A DNA stretch of 37,097 nt from a virus, in IMG/VR virus record IMGVR_UViG_3300045988_111150. The stretch is one strand, 5' to 3'. Made by a program: the position numbers and the translations under genes. The notes below the pieces were generated by a model. It did not search any database, had not been told where the DNA came from, and saw only the letters and a list, made by a program, of their open reading frames with translations. Shown one piece after another: positions 30,664 through 37,097 of the stretch; position 1 is the first letter of the stretch; the number at the start of each line of letters is the position of its first letter.

Positions 30664-33600
30664 ATGGCTGGTGCAAGTCTCAGAGTAGGGGCGAATACAA
30701 GCGAGTTTACCAGTCAAATGAAATCAATGCTTACGCAAATGAAGCTTGTTACCAGTGAATACAAGGTAGAAGCAGCACAGGCGAAAGCATTAGGAAATCA
30801 AACAGATTTACTTAAGGCGAAAAAGACGGAGCTTACAAGTAAGATTAAGCTGCAAACGGACGCGATCAAGCTACAGGAAACCAACTTAACAGCCCAGAAG
30901 CAGAAGCTTACAGAACTGATCGAGAAGGAAGACAAAGCAAAGCAGAAGGTAGCAGAACTTACAAAAGCCCACGAAGATAGCGTTAAGGCGACTGGAAAAG
31001 ACAGCGAGGAAAGCCAAAAACTAAATGCACAGCTAGAAGAAGCAAAAGAAGCACACGCAAAGGCTACAAATGCTGTAAAGAAACAGGAAGACGCGATAGC
31101 GAAGAATACGGTTAAACTGAATGAATCGAAAGCGGCGCTTACTGAACAGAATACAGCATTAAAAAACACAGAAGAAGAATTAACGAACGCCGGAAAAAAA
31201 TGGACTGTTTTCGGACAGGAAATACAGACGGCGGGAAGTAACATGGACGAAGCCGGGAACAAAACTTTGAGCCTGGGCGACGTTATTAAAGCTAATCTTA
31301 TTTCTTCCGCGATCATAAGCGGAGTAAAAGAACTTGCCAATGGTATAAAGGAACTTGCAAAAGGCGCGATAAGTGTAGGAATGGACTTCGAGAGCGGTAT
31401 GAGCCAGGTAGCGGCTACTATGGGTATGACTACCCAGGAAATAGCCGGGGGAAGCGAAGCTTATACAAAACTGGAAAATGCAGCAAAAGAAGCCGGAAAT
31501 ACAACACAGTTTAGCGCGACACAGGCAGCAGAAGCCCTTAACTATATGGCACTTGCCGGATACGATGCAGACAAAGCGGTAGAGACATTACCAACAGTTC
31601 TAAACCTGGCAGCAGCCGGGGGAATGGACTTAGCGACAGCTTCCGATATGGTAACGGACAGCATGAGCGCACTAGGGGACAAAGCCGGAACTACAGAAAG
31701 TTTTGTAGATAAAATGGCGAAGACCTCACAAAAGAGCAATACCAGTGTGCAGCAGTTGGGCGAAGCGCTGCTTACTGTAGGCGGAACGGCTAAGAGCTTA
31801 ACGGGCGGAGTTACCGAAGCGAATACCGTATTAGGAATATTCGCGGATAGTGGAACAAAGGGAGCGGAAGGCGGAACAGCGTTACGAAACGTTATCTTAA
31901 GCCTTACAGCACCGACAGATACAGCAAAGAAGAAAATGCAAGAATTAGGGCTTGAAGTCTTCGATGCAAACGGGAATATGCGACCGTTAAATGAGACTTT
32001 CCAAGACCTTAACGGAATCCTGGGGGATATGACCCAGGGAGAACAGACAGAAGTTTTAAATACAATCTTTAATAAAGTAGACCTTAAGAGCGTAAACGCG
32101 CTACTTGCGAACAGCGGCGAGCGGTTCAATGAGTTGAGCGGTTATATAGAAAATTCTACGGGAGCTGCCGAAAATATGGCGGCGACAATGAATGATAACT
32201 TACAGGGCAAAATTACAATATTAAAGAGTGGGCTTGAAGGACTAGGAATAGCTGCTTATGAAAAGTTCGAGACACCGTTAAAAAATGCAGTAACAAATAT
32301 TACGAACGTAATAGGAGATTTGCAAACAGATTTAACGAGCGGAGAACTAAGCGGCGCACTTGATAAGATTGCTACAGGGTTCGGAAACCTGGTAGAAAAA
32401 GCTAGTGAAATTATTGTAGCAGTATTGCCGAAAATATTAGAAGGGCTGGGCTGGATAGCAGATCATGGAGACACGATAGCAAGTATATTAGCGGCAATAG
32501 GTGCGGGATTTGCAGTATTTAAGGTAGCGTCGATAATTAACGGCGTAGTAACGGCTATACAGGGACTTACGGCAGCGGAAGTAGCTTTAAATACAATACA
32601 GAAGCTTGTAAATGTAACAATGGCTGCTAATCCGATGATGTTAATTATTACGTTGGTTGCTACACTGGTAGCGGCTATAGTCGGATTTGTAGCGACAAAT
32701 GAAAATGCGAGAACAGCGGTAGTAAATGCCTGGAACGTTGTAAAAGATACAATAGGAAAAGTAGTAGGAGAAATTGCAAAATTCTTTACAGAAACAATAC
32801 CGAACGCACTTAGTAAGGTTGTAGATTTTGTAAAAGATAACTGGCAAGATATCCTGTTATTATTGGCGAATCCATTCGCGGGAGCAGTTAAGTTACTGTA
32901 TGAGCATTGCGAAAGCTTCCGAAACATTGTAGATAATATAGCTTCATTTTTCCAGGAATTACCGGGGAAAATTTGGGACGCAATCCTGGGCGCGGTTGAG
33001 AAGATAGCAACCTGGGGCGAAAATGTAAAGACAGCGGCGACACAGGCGGCAAGTAACGCTATAACAAGCGTTATTACATTCTTCCAGGAATTACCGGGCA
33101 AGATTTGGGACGCAATCCTGGGCGCGGTTACGATTGTAACGACCTGGGGCGAAAACATGAAAACGGCAGTTGTACAGGCTGCTACAGAATTTGTAACAAA
33201 TGCAGTAACATTTTTCCAGGAATTACCGTATAAAATCGGCTATGTAATCGGTCAAGCAATCGGAAATGTAGTACAGTTCGGTATTGACCTGGTAACATGG
33301 GCGACTACAGAAATACCGAATTTTATTAACACGGTAATAACATTCCTGGTAGAGCTTCCAGGTAAGATTTGGAACGCGATAGTAAGCGCGATCACGAACG
33401 TACAGAACTGGGGACAGCAGATATACACGGAAGCAACAACGTATATACAAAATACGATAACTTCCGTAGTGGGATTCCTGGTAGAGCTTCCAGGTAAGAT
33501 TTGGAACGCGATAGTAAGTGCGATCACGAACGTACAGAACTGGGGACAACAGGTATACACACAAGCAACTAATTATATACAGAATACTATAACGACGGTC

Positions 33601-34392
33601 GTAAACTTTTTATCCCAGCTTCCAGGTAAGATTTGGAACGCAATAGTAAGCGCGATTACAAATATGGCGAACTGGGGGCAGCAGATGTTAAGCCAGGCGA
33701 GCGCGGCAGCATCGAATATTTTAAGTAATGTATATTCGACACTTTCACAGATGCCGGGCAGAGTTTGGAACGCAATACAGGGCGCTATACAATCTGTAGC
33801 AAACTGGGGAAGCGGACTACTGCAACAGGGTAGAAACGCGGCAAGTCAGTTAGTAAGTGCTGTGATTAACGGTGTAGCTTCGCTACCGTCGCAAATGGCG
33901 AGCGTAGGATACAATATCGTAACTGGCGTATGGAATGGAATATGTAACGCCGCTGGCTGGTTCAGACGACAAGTACAGAGCTTCTTTAGCGGAATCGTAG
34001 ACGGTGTAAAAAATGCGCTTGGTATTCATTCGCCGTCGAGGGTATTCCAGGACGAAATAGGTAAGTACATGGCACAAGGAGCGGGCGTAGGTTTCACAAA
34101 CGAACTTGGAAATGTCGAAGAAGACATAAATAAGAGCCTGGGAACACTTACAAAGAACGTAGCAAAGATTACACCGATAACAGAAGTTAAGCAGAGTGCG
34201 AAAGTAGTAGCACTGAACAATAGAGTAGATACTACACAATTTACGGACAATTCAGAGAAGACCGTAATAGTAGAAATTACGAATATTACAGAGCTTGACG
34301 GAAAAGAGATAGCACGAAAGACAACGAAGCGAGTAGTTAAGAACGTAACGAAAGAACAGAAAAATAAGCAGAAAGCGAAAGGGGCGGCATAA
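30664..34392 (+). CDS. tape measure protein
   Basis: 1242 aa. N-terminal coiled coil, central TMP core (GMTTQE...AEALNYMALAGY...), hydrophobic segment, and C-terminal tandem repeats. Confidence 0.9.
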   Translation: MAGASLRVGANTSEFTSQMKSMLTQMKLVTSEYKVEAAQAKALGNQTDLLKAKKTELTSKIKLQTDAIKLQETNLTAQKQKLTELIEKEDKAKQKVAELTKAHEDSVKATGKDSEESQKLNAQLEEAKEAHAKATNAVKKQEDAIAKNTVKLNESKAALTEQNTALKNTEEELTNAGKKWTVFGQEIQTAGSNMDEAGNKTLSLGDVIKANLISSAIISGVKELANGIKELAKGAISVGMDFESGMSQVAATMGMTTQEIAGGSEAYTKLENAAKEAGNTTQFSATQAAEALNYMALAGYDADKAVETLPTVLNLAAAGGMDLATASDMVTDSMSALGDKAGTTESFVDKMAKTSQKSNTSVQQLGEALLTVGGTAKSLTGGVTEANTVLGIFADSGTKGAEGGTALRNVILSLTAPTDTAKKKMQELGLEVFDANGNMRPLNETFQDLNGILGDMTQGEQTEVLNTIFNKVDLKSVNALLANSGERFNELSGYIENSTGAAENMAATMNDNLQGKITILKSGLEGLGIAAYEKFETPLKNAVTNITNVIGDLQTDLTSGELSGALDKIATGFGNLVEKASEIIVAVLPKILEGLGWIADHGDTIASILAAIGAGFAVFKVASIINGVVTAIQGLTAAEVALNTIQKLVNVTMAANPMMLIITLVATLVAAIVGFVATNENARTAVVNAWNVVKDTIGKVVGEIAKFFTETIPNALSKVVDFVKDNWQDILLLLANPFAGAVKLLYEHCESFRNIVDNIASFFQELPGKIWDAILGAVEKIATWGENVKTAATQAASNAITSVITFFQELPGKIWDAILGAVTIVTTWGENMKTAVVQAATEFVTNAVTFFQELPYKIGYVIGQAIGNVVQFGIDLVTWATTEIPNFINTVITFLVELPGKIWNAIVSAITNVQNWGQQIYTEATTYIQNTITSVVGFLVELPGKIWNAIVSAITNVQNWGQQVYTQATNYIQNTITTVVNFLSQLPGKIWNAIVSAITNMANWGQQMLSQASAAASNILSNVYSTLSQMPGRVWNAIQGAIQSVANWGSGLLQQGRNAASQLVSAVINGVASLPSQMASVGYNIVTGVWNGICNAAGWFRRQVQSFFSGIVDGVKNALGIHSPSRVFQDEIGKYMAQGAGVGFTNELGNVEEDINKSLGTLTKNVAKITPITEVKQSAKVVALNNRVDTTQFTDNSEKTVIVEITNITELDGKEIARKTTKRVVKNVTKEQKNKQKAKGAA
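32947..33900 (+). repeat. about 7 in-frame tandem repeats of 129-132 nt (43-44 aa; consensus F(F/L)xELPGKIW(D/N)AIxxAI...NWGQQ) within the tape measure gene
   Basis: Read directly. Copies starting at 33343 and 33475 are nearly identical at nucleotide level. Copies at 32950 and 33082 form a second near-identical pair. Confidence 0.8.
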
Positions 34393-35102
34393 TGAACGGA
34401 GTATATTATACAATATACAACAATATTAGGGACAGAGACGCGGGCGTTAAGCCCGTGAGCCGCCCTAATATCCCTACGGCAGAGCAAGAATACGATGAGA
34501 TAAAAGTACCGGGAAGAGACGGAAATTTATACAGAAAAAAAGGAACGCTAAAAGATATTGATATCGAGATCACTTATAACTTTCTGTCGGAATGCCCGGA
34601 AGACTGGGCGGAAGACTATAGAAGCATAAAGCGGCGATTCCTTAAGGAAAGTACAGGCATGCTTATGTTTTCGGACGACCCAGGCTATTATTACAAAGTG
34701 AAGAAGATTGATATAGGAACAAACGAGCGCCTAGCTAAGCGTATCGGAAAATTCCAGGTAACATTTACTTGCGAAGGATATATGTACCTAACAGAAGGGG
34801 CAGAAACCAGGAATTTAAGCAACACACTGTATAATGCTTTTGAAGAGTGCAAACCAGTGTACGAGATCACAGGAGACGGCGTATGCACACTTACTGTAAA
34901 TGGTACAAAAATTACGGCAAATATCGGCGGGAAGCTGGTAATAGATACTGGGCTGAAACTTTGCTACACGGCGTTAAAGGAAACGGCAAACAGAAGGCTT
35001 ACAGGGTATTATGAAGACCTGTATTTAAAAGAAGGGGAAAATACATTTAGTGTAAGCCCTGGATTTTCAGTTAAGATAAAACCTAACTGGCGGTGCAGAT
35101 AA
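34392..35102 (+). CDS. distal tail protein (Dit, siphovirus tail component)
   Basis: Position after the TMP. KVPGRDGNLY motif typical of the Sipho_tail family. Confidence 0.7.
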   Translation: MNGVYYTIYNNIRDRDAGVKPVSRPNIPTAEQEYDEIKVPGRDGNLYRKKGTLKDIDIEITYNFLSECPEDWAEDYRSIKRRFLKESTGMLMFSDDPGYYYKVKKIDIGTNERLAKRIGKFQVTFTCEGYMYLTEGAETRNLSNTLYNAFEECKPVYEITGDGVCTLTVNGTKITANIGGKLVIDTGLKLCYTALKETANRRLTGYYEDLYLKEGENTFSVSPGFSVKIKPNWRCR

Positions 35103-37097
35103 ATGATAGAGGTATACGTTAAAGGTAATGAGGACTACGAAAGCAATGGAGATATGACCTTAACGCCGACTACGTGCGAAGTAGAACTTACTGTAGAAGG
35201 AATAGCAGAGCTTACCTTAGAACATCCTATAGACGACCTGGGGCGCTGGGAATACCTGGTAAACGATAATGTGATAGCAGCACCTACGCCATACTCAAAG
35301 AAGCAGCTTTTTAGAATCTATGATTATACAAAGACTGAGACAGAAGTAACGGCTTATGCAAGACATATTTTCTATGATTCTGCCGGGGAAATGCTGGTAG
35401 ATGTAAGACCGACGGACAAGACAGGGCAAGAAGCGTTAGATATAATCTTAAGCGGCACTAAGTATAAAGCGAAGACAAATATTAAAACGCGATCCACAGC
35501 CTACTATATCCGTAAAAACATCATGGAAGCAATCGGCGGGGACAATGAAAACAGCTTTATAAATCGCTGGGGCGGCGAAAGAATGTATGATAATTTTACT
35601 GTTATCATAAATGACCGACTGGGCGGGGACTATGGAGCGTGCGCAGAGTTTGGGCGGAATATGACAGGGATAGAAGCGGACATAAGTATAGACGATGTAG
35701 TAACGCGAATTATCCCGGTATCATACAACGGGCACACCCTGGAAGGGGAAGAACCGTGGATAGATAGCCCGCTCATTGAAAGCTATGCAAATCCCAGGGC
35801 AGCAGTTATTAAATTTGAAGATGTTAAGTTGCTGGAAGATTGCCAGGAAGGGGAAGAAGGATTTAGTACGCTGGAACTTTTAAGGGAAGAACTTAAAAGA
35901 CGGTGCACGAAAGAGTATGAAAACGGGCTTGATAAACCGAAAGTAAATTATAAAGTAGACCTGGTAGAAGTTGCGAATACGGAAGACTATAAAGACTACA
36001 AGAAATTAACAACAATAGGAATAGGCGACGACGTATTAACAAAGGACAGAAAGCTTAAGATAAATGTAACGGCAAGATGTATAAGGCTTGTGTACGACTG
36101 CATAGAGGAAGAAAACGCAGAAGTTGAGCTAGGGAACTTTATAGAAAATTATTTCGACAAGACAACCAGCGCGGCAGATATTATACAGAAAGTAACCAGG
36201 GAAGACGGGACACTTAAGGCGGAAGAAGTATACGGTAAAATCGACGCTGTAAAGGCACAATTAAAAGCCCAGCGCGACATATCGCAACCTTCAGAAGTAA
36301 GGGCGGTAATATTTGAAGACCTGGTAGAAGGAAGCCCAACTTACGGGGCTATGTCTATCGGTACAATGGGCTTCTGTATTGCATCAGAACGTACAGCAGA
36401 CGGGAAAGACTGGGATTGGAAGACCTTTGGAACTGGTAGCGGCTTTTACGCTGATTATATATGCGTCGGGCAGCTTGACGGAGCGCTTATAAAAGCAGAT
36501 AGCATACAAGCGGAATCTATCAGCATCAACTATAAAAAGTCGGTGGAAACCCATATAAGCGAAGCGGTAAACACTGTAGAGAGAAACTATAAAAATGATA
36601 TCGACGGGCTTAAAAGCGATTTCAAGAAAACCTACACTACTTTTCAGTATGTAGACGAAACAGCGGGAAACCTGGCAAATGAAGCAGAAAGCAACGCGAA
36701 CAGCTATACGGAAGAAAAACTTAAGAAATATGTTACTACGGTCGAAATGGGGACATCAATAAACCAGACAGCAGAAGAGATTAAGACCGAAGCGAGCAAG
36801 AAGTATACAACGTATAAGTATGTAGATGATTCCGCCGGAGCAGCAGAAACAAACGCAAAAGGGTATGCGGATACTGTAGGAGCGGGAGCAAAGAGTTATA
36901 CAGACGAAAAGCTTAAGAAATATGTTACTACTACAGAAATGAATACGGCGATAAGTCAGACAGCGGAACAGATCAAGACCGAAGCGAGCAAAACTTATAC
37001 CAGTTTTCAGTATGTAGATGAAACGGCGGGAAACCTGGCAAGCGAAGCAGAAACAAACGCAAAAGGGTATGCGGATAAGGTAGGCACAGGGGCGAAC
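35103..37097 (+). CDS. N-terminal 665 aa of the tail-tip (Tal / prophage-tail endopeptidase-like) protein; continues at 32..1342
   Basis: Hand translation from ATG 35103 shows no stop to the window end. N-terminus MIEVYVKGNEDYESNGDMTLTP...LFRIYD...NRWGGE resembles the Prophage_tail N-terminal domain. The C-terminal part has repeated KKYVTT-EM-T-I-QTAE-IKTEASK units. Confidence 0.75.
   Translation, partial: MIEVYVKGNEDYESNGDMTLTPTTCEVELTVEGIAELTLEHPIDDLGRWEYLVNDNVIAAPTPYSKKQLFRIYDYTKTETEVTAYARHIFYDSAGEMLVDVRPTDKTGQEALDIILSGTKYKAKTNIKTRSTAYYIRKNIMEAIGGDNENSFINRWGGERMYDNFTVIINDRLGGDYGACAEFGRNMTGIEADISIDDVVTRIIPVSYNGHTLEGEEPWIDSPLIESYANPRAAVIKFEDVKLLEDCQEGEEGFSTLELLREELKRRCTKEYENGLDKPKVNYKVDLVEVANTEDYKDYKKLTTIGIGDDVLTKDRKLKINVTARCIRLVYDCIEEENAEVELGNFIENYFDKTTSAADIIQKVTREDGTLKAEEVYGKIDAVKAQLKAQRDISQPSEVRAVIFEDLVEGSPTYGAMSIGTMGFCIASERTADGKDWDWKTFGTGSGFYADYICVGQLDGALIKADSIQAESISINYKKSVETHISEAVNTVERNYKNDIDGLKSDFKKTYTTFQYVDETAGNLANEAESNANSYTEEKLKKYVTTVEMGTSINQTAEEIKTEASKKYTTYKYVDDSAGAAETNAKGYADTVGAGAKSYTDEKLKKYVTTTEMNTAISQTAEQIKTEASKTYTSFQYVDETAGNLASEAETNAKGYADKVGTGAN

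Noticed and set aside
32463-33564. Tandem repeats in the tape-measure region considered as a possible CRISPR array or as independent minus-strand ORFs
   Set aside because: The repeats are contiguous, with no unique spacers, are 129-132 nt long and in frame with the TMP ORF. The minus-strand ORFs are antisense artefacts.

Overview
The window is a complete, circularly closed genome of about 37.07 kb from a temperate siphovirus-like phage or prophage. Bases 1-31 repeat bases 37067-37097. Codon usage, RBS style and lysin types suggest a Firmicutes/Clostridia-type host, but that is inference. Almost all genes are on the + strand. Going round the circle: HNH endonuclease, terS and terL; an HK97-type portal, protease and capsid; head-tail connectors; major tail protein; a tail chaperone pair with a -1 frameshift; tape measure; Dit; and a ~1101-aa tail-tip protein that spans the linearisation point. 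Next come a receptor-binding fibre, a lysis cassette (several small membrane proteins, amidase-SH3, glucosaminidase-SPOR), and a minus-strand lysogeny module (tyrosine integrase, a DUF4428/SHOCT-like protein, a CI-like repressor with a three-operator switch). A tRNA(CAT) follows, then an early region with an HUH Rep-like initiator, an SSB-like protein, a VRR-NUC nuclease, ParA and a ParB-DUF3850 fusion. The standout system is a diversity-generating retroelement (DGR). A 125-nt variable repeat (3916-4040) at the 3' end of fibre gene 1819-4053 matches a template repeat (4235-4359) except at 8 positions, and every one is an adenine in the template. A DGR-type reverse transcriptase (4562-5833) lies immediately downstream. 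No Avd-like accessory gene is visible, and the RT carries IGTPFGH where I recall IGxxxSQ as the DGR RT consensus. Secondary observations are two paralogous micro-ORFs (motif YFYILGL) next to the lysogeny regulators, a structured int-proximal intergenic region, candidate attP repeats, and integrase together with ParA/ParB and Rep. All functional calls come from motif recognition by eye, with no database searches.
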